DNA of 48,818 nt from Syntrophobacterales bacterium GWC2_56_13 (lineage in GTDB: Bacteria; Desulfobacterota; Syntrophia; Syntrophales; UBA5619), in NCBI GenBank assembly GCA_001830835.1, contig MICJ01000009.1, positions 1-48,818 on the forward strand, read 5' to 3'. This document shows, piece after piece, positions 26,378 to 36,409 of this stretch. Positions within the stretch are counted from its first letter, which is position 1; each line of letters starts with the position of its first letter. The notes under the pieces were generated by a model that had not been told where the DNA came from, did no database searches, and saw only the letters and a program-made list of their open reading frames with translations. A program made the position numbers and the translations under genes.

Positions 26378-28134
26378 GCAAACGGCTTCCCCTTGGCCTC
26401 TCTTTCGGACAGGGCCTCCTTTTTTAGCTCCCTCTTCAAGACCTTTCCGGCCAAGTTCACAGGCAGTTCATTACGAAAGACCACTTCCCGAATCTTTTCG
26501 TAGCCGGCCACCTGGGTGTTGATATCATCCATGATTTCTTCCGGGGTGGCCGTTTTACCCTCTTTCAGGACCACATAGGCGCGGGGGTACTCAGTAACGG
26601 CCGGGTCGGGAATGCCGATGACCGCCGCCTCCTTGATCTTGGGATGCTGATAGAGGATCTCCTCCAGGTTTCTGGGAAATACGTTGTAGCCTTTATACTT
26701 GATCATGTCCTTGATGCGGTCCACGATGTAAAGGTAACCGTCATTGTCCAACTTGCCGATGTCGCCCGAGTGAAGCCAGCCATCTTTTAAGGCCCTGGCC
26801 GTCTCTTCGGGCTTGTTCCAGTAGCCTTTCATGACCTGGGGCCCCTTCTGGAGGATCTCCCCTTCTTCGCCGATGGGCATTTCTTTAGTATCATCGGTCA
26901 AGTCCACAATTTTGATCTCGGAATCGAAAATGGGAATACCGACGGAGCCTGGTTTGCGGACCGCTTCCCTGGCGGCCGGATTGAGACAAATGGCCATGGT
27001 GCACTCGGTCATCCCATAGCCCTCCACAAAAACCCCTCCGATGACTTCTTTCATCTTGTTCAAATATTCTACCGGCAGGGGGCCGGCTCCGCTGGCGGCG
27101 ATTTTGACTTTCATGAAATAAGGAGCATACTTGGGAAAATCCGGATGATTCAGCAAGGAGGTATAAATCGGAGGCGCGCCGCCCATGGCCTCGATCGGGT
27201 ACTTCTTGAGGACTTTCAAATACTCGCCCGGATCGAATCTCGGGAGTATGTAAGTGGTCGTACCGACGAAGATTGGATAGTTTAAATAAGCGACGGTCCC
27301 CATGGCATGAAACCAGGGAACAACATTGACGGCCATAAAGTGCGAGCCTTGGGCGTTGCAGTTTTCCGGTGTGAGGTCCTCAATAACCCTATTTCCAAAG
27401 GTGGAGGCGTTCCAATTAATAACCTGGCTGACGTTAACGATGGTATTGTAGTGCGTAATCACGGCGCCCTTGGAAAGCCCCGTGGTCCCGCCGGTATAGG
27501 CCAGAACCGCCACGTCCTCCTTTCCATGGATTATCACCTGGGGTGGATTGGGCGGATATTTGGCCAGGAGATCTTTGAAGAGGTAGATTCCAGCAGCGGA
27601 ATCGCTTTTAATGGATGCAATATTTTTTCTTTTAAGAAGCAGGAAGCCGTATTTTTTTACCGCGGGAAGGGCTTCATCCAGGCCGGAGACGATGATTCTC
27701 TTCAGACCGGTTTGGTCCTTGACCTTGAGCAGCTTATTCATGAGGAGATTGAGTTTGAGTGTGATGAGGGTCTCAGCCCCGGAGTCGTCGATTTGGTATT
27801 TGAGCTCCGCTTCGCTGTTCAGGGGCGAGCACATGGTCAGGATGGCCCCAATTTTCAAAGCTGCGTAATAGGCCACGGCAAACTGGGGGCAATTGGGCAT
27901 GAACAGGGCCACCCGGTTCCCCTTTTTTACACCCAGGTCGGCCAGGGCCGTGGCCAGCCTCAGGGATTGATCGTGCAGTTCCCGGTAGGTCATGGCCTTT
28001 CCCATGAAAATGAAAACCGTCCGCTCCGGAAACCTTCTAACGCTGGCCTCCATGAAATCAACGACGCTGCCCTCGTAGTACTTCAAAGACTTGGGATAAA
28101 CGTCGGGCCACAACTTGTGCCAAGGTTTTTCCAT
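26359..28134 (-). CDS. Long-chain fatty acid--CoA ligase (AMP-forming)
   Basis: YTGGTTGLSKG, EGYGMTE, GWLHSGDIG, DRIKDMIK and GKVLKR. Confidence 0.93.
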   Translation of the reverse strand: MEKPWHKLWPDVYPKSLKYYEGSVVDFMEASVRRFPERTVFIFMGKAMTYRELHDQSLRLATALADLGVKKGNRVALFMPNCPQFAVAYYAALKIGAILTMCSPLNSEAELKYQIDDSGAETLITLKLNLLMNKLLKVKDQTGLKRIIVSGLDEALPAVKKYGFLLLKRKNIASIKSDSAAGIYLFKDLLAKYPPNPPQVIIHGKEDVAVLAYTGGTTGLSKGAVITHYNTIVNVSQVINWNASTFGNRVIEDLTPENCNAQGSHFMAVNVVPWFHAMGTVAYLNYPIFVGTTTYILPRFDPGEYLKVLKKYPIEAMGGAPPIYTSLLNHPDFPKYAPYFMKVKIAASGAGPLPVEYLNKMKEVIGGVFVEGYGMTECTMAICLNPAAREAVRKPGSVGIPIFDSEIKIVDLTDDTKEMPIGEEGEILQKGPQVMKGYWNKPEETARALKDGWLHSGDIGKLDNDGYLYIVDRIKDMIKYKGYNVFPRNLEEILYQHPKIKEAAVIGIPDPAVTEYPRAYVVLKEGKTATPEEIMDDINTQVAGYEKIREVVFRNELPVNLAGKVLKRELKKEALSEREAKGKPFAYTTSR

Positions 28135-28256
28135 GATTGCCTCCTGCTTTCTTCGACTCTTCCTGCCGGCACATGCGTTAAACGCACTCCTCAGCGGATC
28201 GGAGAAATGGGTTCTTCCGTACGGAGGTCGGCCTTCCGGGCATCTGCTCCTCTGTC

Positions 28257-29441
28257 TTACAATCTTCCCGCCTTGAATAGGGCCACGGCGCTTTCGTAGA
28301 CGTGCCGGACCGCCACGCCGTGTTCGATTGCGGCCCTTTTGCAGTCCTCGTACTCGGGGGAGGCCGTGATCACCCTGCCGTCCCGCTCCCCGATCTTGAT
28401 CCGGATCTTCCCGAACGCCGTGACGACTTCCTCCCAGCGGCGATCAAGGCAGATGCGCTCCCACCGGGAGATCCTGACGCCGAACGTCGAGGTCTCGGCC
28501 AGGACGACGGCCGCGATCGCCTCCGCCCGGCCCGGATCGCAGATCACCGACAGGAGCGTCCCCGGCCGGTTCTTCTTCATCTGGATCGGGCTCATGAAGA
28601 CGTCGAGTGCGCCCGCGGCGAAAAGCCGCTCCATGGCGGTTTCATAGAACTGGGGATTGAGATCGTCGATGCTCGTCTCGATGACGGAGACGCCTTCGGG
28701 ACCGGATCCGGAAACAGAAGCGGACTCCTCTCCGAGTATGACCCTAAGCACGTTAGGAATGCCGAAATCGCTCTTTCCGGCGCCGTAGCCGATGCTCACG
28801 ATGGTCATGGCGGGAAGCGGTCCGAAACCGGAGGCGAGTTCCCTGATGATCGCCGCGCCGGTCGGCGTAACCAGTTCCCCTTCGATGTCGAGCTTCCGCC
28901 AGGGAACCCCCCGCAGGATCTCGGCGGTGGCCGGCGCGGGCAGCGGAAAGACGCCGTGGGAGCCCGTCACGTAGCCATGAAAGGTAGGCATCGGACTGGC
29001 GATGACCTTCGGCCAGCCGAGCATCTCGAGACAGATGGCCGCGCCGACGATGTCGACGATGGCGTCCACCCCCCCTACCTCGTGGAAATGCACCTCTTCC
29101 GGAGAGCTGCCGTGCACCCTGCCTTCGGCATCGGCAAGTCTCCTGAAGATGCGCTCGGCCGTCTGCTTCACCCTTTCGGAGAAGTCTGCTTTATGGATCG
29201 TCTTCAGTATCTCCTTTAGACGCCGGCGCTCGTGGTGATGGTGATCGTCGAGGACCACGCGGACGTCCGTTGCCTCGATGTATCCATTGATCTTCCTGCC
29301 GATCTCGATTCTGTAACCCCCGATGCCGAGGCCGGCGAGTTTGTCCCGGAACTGCTCCGGGTCCGCTCCCGCGGCGATGAGCGCCCCGAGCGTCATATCG
29401 CCGCTGATTCCTGCGAAACAGTCGAAATAGGCAATCAACAT
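28257..29441 (-). CDS. larC: Nickel-pincer cofactor nickel insertase LarC
   Basis: AGISGDM, His run, VHFHEVG, PAPAT, TPTGAA and MKKNRPG. Confidence 0.95.
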   Translation of the reverse strand: MLIAYFDCFAGISGDMTLGALIAAGADPEQFRDKLAGLGIGGYRIEIGRKINGYIEATDVRVVLDDHHHHERRRLKEILKTIHKADFSERVKQTAERIFRRLADAEGRVHGSSPEEVHFHEVGGVDAIVDIVGAAICLEMLGWPKVIASPMPTFHGYVTGSHGVFPLPAPATAEILRGVPWRKLDIEGELVTPTGAAIIRELASGFGPLPAMTIVSIGYGAGKSDFGIPNVLRVILGEESASVSGSGPEGVSVIETSIDDLNPQFYETAMERLFAAGALDVFMSPIQMKKNRPGTLLSVICDPGRAEAIAAVVLAETSTFGVRISRWERICLDRRWEEVVTAFGKIRIKIGERDGRVITASPEYEDCKRAAIEHGVAVRHVYESAVALFKAGRL

Positions 29442-29491
29442 CGGTGAATGCTCCCGAAAAAAATCTGTAAAATACTCAGTTTACGAAGCCG

Positions 29492-30250
29492 TCATCGGTT
29501 CACCAGGTGCGCGAAATAGCCGGCCCCGAAGCCGTTGTCGATGTTCATGACGGCGACGCCGGCGGCGCAGGAGTTGAGCATCGCCAGCAGCGCGGCAAGC
29601 CCTCCGAAGCTCGCGCCGTAGCCGACGCTCGTCGGAACGGCGATCACCGGACAGGCGACCATTCCCCCGACGACGCTCGGAAGCGCCCCCTCCATCCCGG
29701 CCACGACGATCAGGACGTTCGCCTGCATGATCCTGTCCTTCTGGTCGAAAAGTCGGTGCAGGCCGGCGACGCCAACGTCGTAGGCGCGCTCGACCCGGCT
29801 GCCCATCGACTCCGCCGTGACCGCGGCCTCCTCCGCCACGGGGAGGTCAGCCGTCCCCGCGCAGAGTACCATCACGTACTTTCCGTCTTCAGCCGCCTTT
29901 TTGGTCTTCACCTTTGACCCGTCGACAACCAGGAGCCGAGCGACGCCGTGGTAGGTGCAACCTGCGACAGTTCCGGCTATTTTCTCGGCGACGTCAGGCG
30001 CCACGCGGGTCGCGAGGACTTTTACGTGGTGTCCGGCGAGCCTTTTTACGATTTCGACGGCCTGCTCGCTGGTTTTCCCCTGGCAGAAAACGACCTCCGG
30101 GAAACCGGTGCGGATGCTGCGGTGCAGATCGATCTTCGCGTATCCTACATCATCATAGGGAAGGGTGCGCAGGCTGTTGAACGCCTCATCGACGGGCAGA
30201 TCGCCGGATTTCACCTTTTCGAGGATTTTTTTGAGCCGCTTGGAATCCAT
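29492..30250 (-). CDS. larB: Nickel-pincer cofactor carboxylase/hydrolase LarB
   Basis: GFPEVVFCQGK, AGTADLPVAEEA, DVGVAGLHRL and NIDNGFGAG. Confidence 0.96.
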   Translation of the reverse strand: MDSKRLKKILEKVKSGDLPVDEAFNSLRTLPYDDVGYAKIDLHRSIRTGFPEVVFCQGKTSEQAVEIVKRLAGHHVKVLATRVAPDVAEKIAGTVAGCTYHGVARLLVVDGSKVKTKKAAEDGKYVMVLCAGTADLPVAEEAAVTAESMGSRVERAYDVGVAGLHRLFDQKDRIMQANVLIVVAGMEGALPSVVGGMVACPVIAVPTSVGYGASFGGLAALLAMLNSCAAGVAVMNIDNGFGAGYFAHLVNR

Positions 30251-30264
30251 TCTCCTTACCCCCG

Positions 30265-31089
30265 TTATGCCTTCTTCTCCCTGCCCAGAACGGCGTTCAT
30301 GCTTCCCATCCGGTAGCCGTTTAGATCCAGGGTCGTATAAAGATACTCCAATTCCTTGAACTTTTCCGTCACCTGCCGCCTGATTTCAGGAGACGCGAGG
30401 CGCGGTATTTCCTCGGCCTCGACCTCGATCCGCGCAATATCCCCATGGTGCCGGACCCTCACCTGCCGGAAACCCAGTTCCTTCATGAACCGCTCCGCTT
30501 TGTCGAGACGCCGGAGAATATCACGGTCGATCTTCGTACCGTAAGGAATGCGGGAAGAAAGGCAGGCGAACGACGGCTTATTCCAGGTCGGGAGTCCCAT
30601 CCGACGCGATATTTCGCGGATATCTTTCTTGGTAAAGCCGGCTTCGCGCAGCGGGCTCCTGACCCCGAGCTCCGCAGCGGCGCGTTTGCCCGGCCTGTAG
30701 TCGTCCAGATCGTCGACGTTTGCACCATCGGCTACCCGGTTGATGCCGTGTTCCCTGCCGATCTCGACAAGCCTGCCGAACAGCTCTCTCTTGCAGAAGA
30801 AGCATCGGTCGGGGGTGTTGGCCGCGAAGTCTTCGTTTTCAAGTTCGCTGGTTTCTATCCTGGTCACGGTGAGCCCCAGCTTGCCGGCTGTTTCCAAAGC
30901 TTCCTCTTCTTCCGATAGGGGATAGGTTTCCGAAGAGGCCAACACATATAACGCGCGATCCCCCAGGACCTCCTTAGCCACGGCCGCGAGCAGCGTGCTG
31001 TCGCCGCCGCCGGAGTAGCCGATGACCACGCCTCCCATTTCTGTCAATAATGAGCGAAGTCGCTCAAGCTTAGAATCGATTGTTTCCAT
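30265..31089 (-). CDS. larE: ATP-dependent sulfur transferase LarE
   Basis: PP-loop SGGGDS, RCFFCK, DYRPG, ACLSSRIPYG and GYRMGSMN. Confidence 0.95.
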   Translation of the reverse strand: METIDSKLERLRSLLTEMGGVVIGYSGGGDSTLLAAVAKEVLGDRALYVLASSETYPLSEEEEALETAGKLGLTVTRIETSELENEDFAANTPDRCFFCKRELFGRLVEIGREHGINRVADGANVDDLDDYRPGKRAAAELGVRSPLREAGFTKKDIREISRRMGLPTWNKPSFACLSSRIPYGTKIDRDILRRLDKAERFMKELGFRQVRVRHHGDIARIEVEAEEIPRLASPEIRRQVTEKFKELEYLYTTLDLNGYRMGSMNAVLGREKKA

Positions 31090-31200
31090 AACACCTTACC
31101 CCTTAACTCCCTACCCCTCTCTCCTTATTTCTTCTTGCCTTCAAAGAAAGACGATCAGGGCAGCCTTTCTTTGACAAGAGTCCTCTTTTTGTCGGAGAGA

Positions 31201-31229
31201 AGTATGGGATAAACGACCTCGTGTGTCAA
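31201..31229 (-). promoter_or_regulatory. Putative sigma70 promoter of larEBC
   Basis: Minus strand TTGACA (31229-31224)-N17-CATACT (31206-31201). Confidence 0.55.
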
Positions 31230-31269
31230 AGTTTTTTTCCACACAAGTTTTTTTCCGCACAAGGAGGGT

Positions 31270-31494
31270 GTGAAACGGTTTCTGGGACCGGAGGCCATTG
31301 CAGGTGTCGCCGCGGGTCTTGAAGTACCCTTCACCGTCATGGGAGGCATTTCCGGCGCCAACATTGGGCAGGTGCTCGCCGAGGGGGCGCGCAGGGTAGC
31401 CGTGGTTACGGCAGTCACCACGGCCGTAGATATGGCCGGAACGGTCGCCTTCCTGAGAGAAAAGATCAGACAGGCCGGGTCGATGGGGGGATGA
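31270..31494 (+). pseudogene. thiE: Thiamine-phosphate synthase C-terminal remnant
   Basis: PFTVMGGI...GARRVAVVTAVT matches the ThiE C-terminus; only 74 aa remain. Confidence 0.7.
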
Positions 31495-31611
31495 ACTCCC
31501 GATTGAACTATTGAAAACATTATAATAACGGGAAGATACGAAGAGAACCCCTCTGTGTCGGAGGTTTCTGGCGCGGGCCCGACGCCGGGACCGGTCACAC
31601 GGGGGGACATG

Positions 31612-32607
31612 TTAGGTGTTGCAGAGATCCTCGACCGTCTTCACCAGCCCCTTGAGGAGCCGGCTCATCCGGTCGAAATCGAGCGTCGCGATGGTGTCCC
31701 TTTCGCCGTGGTAGTTCGGGTTTCGGTAGAAGGCCGTATCGGTGATCATCGCGGCCGGCCAGCCGAACTCCCAGAAGGACCGGTGGTCGGAGAAGTCGAC
31801 GCCGGGGACGAAGCCCATCGTGGCGAGGGTCTCCACAGGGATATCGCACCCCCGCTTCAGCAAGCCGGCGATCCGCCGGACCAGACCCGCCGAATTGAGA
31901 TTACCCACGACGGCGATGAAGTCGGGCGTCGTCGAGAACATCAGGCCCATTAGGGGGAGGGGGAAGGCCTGCCCCCCCTTCTTTTCGCTGTAGTATCCGA
32001 GCATCTCGAGGGAGATCATGGCGCTGATCTTCTCCCCGGCGGCCTTCGCCTCCCTGGCGCAGACCGCGCTTCCCATGAATGGGGTCCGAAAGGCGGGAGG
32101 CTCCTCGAGGACGAAGAAGACCATCTTCAGGGTCCTTCCGGGCGAGGAACCCTTCAGTATCCGGCAGATCTCGAGCAGAACGGCCACGCCGCTCGCGTTG
32201 TCGTCGGCGCCGGGCGTTCCGTCCACCGTGTCATAATGGGCGCCGATCAGAACCGTCTCTTCCCTCTTTCCCGTCCCCGGGATCGAGATGATCACGTTGC
32301 TGAACGGTCTCCCCCGGTAGTCATAAGTCTGGAGAATGGGGTCGTACCCGAGCGCCCTGAGCGTGGCGAAAATATACCGCCGGGTCGCTTCGATATTTGA
32401 GTAATCCAGGACGCTGCGCGGGCCGATCAGGATGCTGAGTTCTTCCACATGAGCGCGGAGGCGACCGATCTCTTCGGGAGCAGCGGCGGGTAGAGGAGGG
32501 GAGACGGAAGGCGCCCCGCGGATCCTCAGGACTGGGTAGGCGATCAGGGCGGCGATGCCCAGAAGGACGAGCAGGACGGCGGTGATCATCTTTTTCTTCA
32601 TGGTCAT
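31612..32607 (-). CDS. M28-family peptidase with N-terminal membrane anchor/signal
   Basis: GAHYDT, GADDNASG, EE, SLEMLG, SDH and YH. Confidence 0.9.
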   Translation of the reverse strand: MTMKKKMITAVLLVLLGIAALIAYPVLRIRGAPSVSPPLPAAAPEEIGRLRAHVEELSILIGPRSVLDYSNIEATRRYIFATLRALGYDPILQTYDYRGRPFSNVIISIPGTGKREETVLIGAHYDTVDGTPGADDNASGVAVLLEICRILKGSSPGRTLKMVFFVLEEPPAFRTPFMGSAVCAREAKAAGEKISAMISLEMLGYYSEKKGGQAFPLPLMGLMFSTTPDFIAVVGNLNSAGLVRRIAGLLKRGCDIPVETLATMGFVPGVDFSDHRSFWEFGWPAAMITDTAFYRNPNYHGERDTIATLDFDRMSRLLKGLVKTVEDLCNT

Positions 32608-34118
32608 GCTTCACCGAAGACCAGGGCCTGAAACGTGGAGAACCTCGCCCCCTCCCTCCAGGCCCCGGGAGGGAGTCCGGCCTTCAGGCTGAGTTGATCC
32701 AGCATTTCATCCCTTCCCCACCCCTGTTCCGGGGCGACCTGGGGGAGAAAGACCGCCGAGCGCCCTCCCTTCTGAAGGAGGACGCCGTCCCTGCCGACGA
32801 CAATGTCGCCGGGGCCGGAGACCGGTTTCATGGGCGTCAGGACGGAGATTTCGATCTCCAGCTTTGGCACCTCCTCCAGAGCGACATGGCGGAAGCGGGG
32901 ATCCTCGAAGGCGGACTGGAGGGCCATCGCTCCGACGAGGGTGGCAAGCGGCCGGTCCGGGATCATCCTCCCTATGCAGCCGCGCAGATTCCCGTGCTTC
33001 TTCAGGGTGACGAAGACCCCGCGCTGTTCCATCGCGGCGGGACTGAACCCCCTGGGCAGGGGGACCATCTGCGTCGTCAGGTAGCGGGAGATCGTCTCCC
33101 GGGCGAGGGCGAGGAGCGCCCTCTTGTCTTCGGGCGTGAGGTGTCGGTCGACAGCGGGTACAACCGGAGCGGCCTCTTTGGCGGGTTCCAGGCCGGACCC
33201 CAGAACGACCGCGCCGTAGCCGACGACGCGCTCCTGTTCCCCGATGGGGAGATCCCCTGAGTGGGCGTAGCTGATGATCCTCCCGCCGGTCGCGCCCATG
33301 GCCTTCGCGGCGGCCATCGCCGCCATGATCGGGGCCTCGCCGCAGGCGCTTGTGGAGAGGTTCGGGATGCGGCGGGCCGCCTGCGCCTGAATGGCGGCGT
33401 GGAGCACCGCCGGATCGAGGGAGAGGATCGCCGCCAGCGTCTTTCCGTCTACAATCTCCGCATCCGCCGCCGATGGGTAATGGGAGAGATCGGAGCTCGC
33501 GACGATGAGCGCCCGGCGCCCTTTCAGGACCTGGGCCAGGGCGGCGCCGAAGTGGTTAAAGAGGGCCGCATCCGCCTCACCGACGATCGCTGGGACGATC
33601 TTTGCCTTCGGAAAAAGGACCTGGAGGAAGGGAACCTGGACCTCGACCGAATGTTCGTGGGCGTGGGGCGCCGCGTCGGCCTTACAGTCGGGGTTGGCCG
33701 CCAGGAGCGCCGAGACGATCTCTCCGTCCACCGGGGCGGTTCCCAGGGGGGTCCGGAAGCCGCCGCCCGGGTAGAGGGCGATCTTCCGGAGGCCGGGGGC
33801 CGTGTGGTTGGTGCCCAGGATGACGACGATGTCGTAGGGCCGGTTCCTGACCTGGCTGTAGCCGTCGGCGCAGATCTGGCCGGAGTAGATATAGCCGGCA
33901 TGGGGGACGACGATGGCGAGAGGTTCCCTTGCCTGTGCCGGCAGGGCGTCCTGCATGAATTTTTCAATGGCGAGCCTGAGGACGGACGCTGATTCCGGGT
34001 AGAACTTCCCGGCCACGGCGGGGGGACGGACCTCGCCCCCTCCCTTTCCCGCCTGGCAGGCCACGGTGAGCCCCAGGCTGAAGGAGACGAACGGCATACC
34101 GATTTGCATGAAACTCAT
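32604..34118 (-). CDS. amrB: AmmeMemoRadiSam protein B (MEMO1) fused to protein A (AMMECR1)
   Basis: VRPPAVAGKFYP, PHAGYIYSG, EHSVEVQ and SSDLSHY, then GVFVTL..LRGCIG, DPRF and FLPQVA. Confidence 0.92.
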   Translation of the reverse strand: MSFMQIGMPFVSFSLGLTVACQAGKGGGEVRPPAVAGKFYPESASVLRLAIEKFMQDALPAQAREPLAIVVPHAGYIYSGQICADGYSQVRNRPYDIVVILGTNHTAPGLRKIALYPGGGFRTPLGTAPVDGEIVSALLAANPDCKADAAPHAHEHSVEVQVPFLQVLFPKAKIVPAIVGEADAALFNHFGAALAQVLKGRRALIVASSDLSHYPSAADAEIVDGKTLAAILSLDPAVLHAAIQAQAARRIPNLSTSACGEAPIMAAMAAAKAMGATGGRIISYAHSGDLPIGEQERVVGYGAVVLGSGLEPAKEAAPVVPAVDRHLTPEDKRALLALARETISRYLTTQMVPLPRGFSPAAMEQRGVFVTLKKHGNLRGCIGRMIPDRPLATLVGAMALQSAFEDPRFRHVALEEVPKLEIEISVLTPMKPVSGPGDIVVGRDGVLLQKGGRSAVFLPQVAPEQGWGRDEMLDQLSLKAGLPPGAWREGARFSTFQALVFGEA

Positions 34119-34278
34119 AGCGGATCTCCTTTCGAGACTTCTGAAATGTGTCTTTTTGTGTCATTCCCGCTCAGCTCCAGACGCCGGCGATCTTCCCGCG
34201 GCAGAATGTGCAGCGGCCCCCTTTATGCGAGACCGCTCAGGCGGATGCAACGGCGGAAAGCCGGCTTTCCCTCCGGAT

Positions 34279-35277
34279 TCACCCCGCGGGCTCGTTCAGG
34301 CCGCAGGCGGCCGCACCGATCAGGGCGACCTTCGGGTTGAGGATCGCATGAACAGGTATTCGCTCCATAAGATGCGAAAAACGCCCTTTGCGGAGGAAGG
34401 CTTCCATGAACGGTCCGCTGCCCAGAATGTTTGCGAGACGGATCGGGATGCCGCCCCCCAGATAGATGCCGCCCGTCGCCATGACCTTCAGGGCCAGATT
34501 GCCCGCCTCGGCGCCGAGGATGGAAACGAACAGATCTATGGTTTCCCGGCAGAGCCGGCAGGGACTGACCGGATCGAGCGCCGCCTCGATGATGATCGGA
34601 GTTTGGTCCTCCGTCCGGGCGAGCTTTTCCAAGACCCGGTTGGGCTCCGCGGCGAAGCGAGCCTCCTTCATGTATTCGTAGACATTGGGGATGCCGAGTC
34701 CGGAACAGACCCGTTCGTAACTGACATGCGGGTAGCGGCGGAGGAGGTATTGCAGCAATCCGATCTCCAGATCGTTGGTCGGTGCGAAGTCGGCGTGTCC
34801 CCCTTCCGAGGAGTGGGCCCGGTAACTCTCCCCCTCGCGGGTCAGAAACCCCTCTCCGAGGCCGGTTCCGGGGGCGATGATCCCCAGTGCCCCGCCGGGG
34901 GCGGCCTTGCCTTCGTGGAGCATCAGCAGATCCCCCTTTTGCAGAAGGGGAACACCCCAGGCCATTGCCTCCAGGTCATTGAGCAGGCGGGCCGAACGGA
35001 CCCGCAATGTCCGGGTCAGTTCCTCCGTGCGGATCACCCAGGGGAGGTTGGTGGCGGCTGCCTCCTTGCCGAGGACGGGGCCTGCGATGCCGAAGACGGC
35101 GTGGTCGGCCGTCATGCCCGCCCGGGCCAGAAACTTCGTGACGATCTCCGTGAGGCTGCTGTAACCGGCGTTGGGAAAGGTTTCTTCGTGAAGCGGTGCG
35201 TGGGGGCCGGCCTCCCGGGAGTATAACCCCAGGTTCGTCTTCGTTCCCCCGATGTCGCCGGCGATGAGCATGGTCAT
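34279..35277 (-). CDS. glk: Glucokinase
   Basis: AGDIGGTKT, TNLPW, LNDLEA, GTGLG and SEGGH. Confidence 0.95.
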   Translation of the reverse strand: MTMLIAGDIGGTKTNLGLYSREAGPHAPLHEETFPNAGYSSLTEIVTKFLARAGMTADHAVFGIAGPVLGKEAAATNLPWVIRTEELTRTLRVRSARLLNDLEAMAWGVPLLQKGDLLMLHEGKAAPGGALGIIAPGTGLGEGFLTREGESYRAHSSEGGHADFAPTNDLEIGLLQYLLRRYPHVSYERVCSGLGIPNVYEYMKEARFAAEPNRVLEKLARTEDQTPIIIEAALDPVSPCRLCRETIDLFVSILGAEAGNLALKVMATGGIYLGGGIPIRLANILGSGPFMEAFLRKGRFSHLMERIPVHAILNPKVALIGAAACGLNEPAG

Positions 35278-35298
35278 GATCCTCTGGTGCGCCCCTGA

Positions 35299-35380
35299 TC
35301 ATCCGCCGAAGCGGGGCGGCCGCTTCTCCAGAAAGGCCTTCAACCCCTCCTGACCGTCGGGATGGTCGGCGCAGCGGCCA
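35299..35380 (-). pseudogene. Enoyl-CoA hydratase C-terminal remnant
   Basis: The minus strand reads CADHPDGQEGLKAFLEKRPPRFGG*, a crotonase C-terminal motif; nothing homologous lies upstream. Confidence 0.65.
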
Positions 35381-35502
35381 AACCCCCGGCGCAGAATACC
35401 TTCACCTTTTCGCTGCCCCCTCTCCGGAGGCCGGGAAACACAATAAGGATGAGAAATTGTCACGGAGACAGGATCTTAGATAGCACTGCAGGCGACGGTC
35501 AG

Positions 35503-35685
35503 TCAAGGAGAAAAAGCCCGCTCTTCGCTGACATCTTCCGTTTCCTGATCTTCGGTCCGGACGACGGATTCCGGGGCTGCCTTCAGTTGCTTCGCCTCGG
35601 CTCGGCGGGCCGCCTTTTCTTCTTTTTTCTGCCGTTTGGCGATTTCTTTCTGCCATTTCTCGAAGGTGAATTTCGTTCTCGCCAT
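35503..35685 (-). CDS. Small charged hypothetical protein
   Basis: 60 aa, RBS GGAGG, basic helix FEKWQKEIAKRQKKEEK and an acidic tail. Confidence 0.6.
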   Translation of the reverse strand: MARTKFTFEKWQKEIAKRQKKEEKAARRAEAKQLKAAPESVVRTEDQETEDVSEERAFSP

Positions 35686-35808
35686 TCAAAGCCCTCCTGC
35701 CTTTCAATCGTTTCAAAAAATTGACCGGGAGCTTTAACCCGAAGCCCCGCCGGCAAAAATGTTCCATGCCGGACATCCCCGCCCTGCGGATGTGGGAGCC
35801 TCGCCTAA

Positions 35809-35855
35809 TAAAAAGAGGCGCCCCGGCACCATTCTCGGGCGCCGGAGTGCCTCTT
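35809..35855 (-). terminator. Intrinsic terminator of cspA
   Basis: Imperfect GC stem AAGAGGCGCCCCGGCACC/GGCGCCGGAGTGCCTCTT with a U-tract on the minus strand. Confidence 0.65.
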
Positions 35856-35873
35856 CTGTTCTACGGACTCAAA

Positions 35874-36074
35874 TTATAGGGCCCTTACGTTTTCCGCGGC
35901 CGGGCCTTTCTTGCCCTGCGCAACGTCGAAACTGACGCGCTGACCCTCGGCTAAAGTCTTGAAACCGCCGGCCTGAATGGCGCTGTAGTGAACGAACACG
36001 TCGCCGCCTTCGGCCTTCTCGATGAAGCCGAAGCCCTTCTGCTCATTGAACCACTTCACTGTACCTTCTGACAT
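35874..36074 (-). CDS. cspA: Cold-shock protein
   Basis: GTVKWFN, KGFGFI and DVFVHYSAI; 66 aa; RBS AGGAGG. Confidence 0.96.
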   Translation of the reverse strand: MSEGTVKWFNEQKGFGFIEKAEGGDVFVHYSAIQAGGFKTLAEGQRVSFDVAQGKKGPAAENVRAL

Positions 36075-36409
36075 CTTGTGCATCCTCCTTTCTAAAAATT
36101 TTTTCACAGTCGGATGAACACGATGACCAAAAGTAAAAAACCGCCAAGACTCTTGGGGAGCATGGCGGCAGCCTTTGCACTTCAAAATGTCTCTATCCAA
36201 CTCTTCCCGCACCCTGACCGACCAGACTGGTAACCAGGATGCGATGCACTTATATGGTTATCCCCGGGGGAAAGTCAAGGTTTATTTTTAATTTTAGCCG
36301 GACCTCAACTGGTGCACGACCGTCTGCCCGGCCTGTCTGTAGCGGGTGGCGTCACGCGGTTTACTATGATCATTCAAGGTAACCCGGACCGGCGGAGTGG
36401 GAATTCCGG

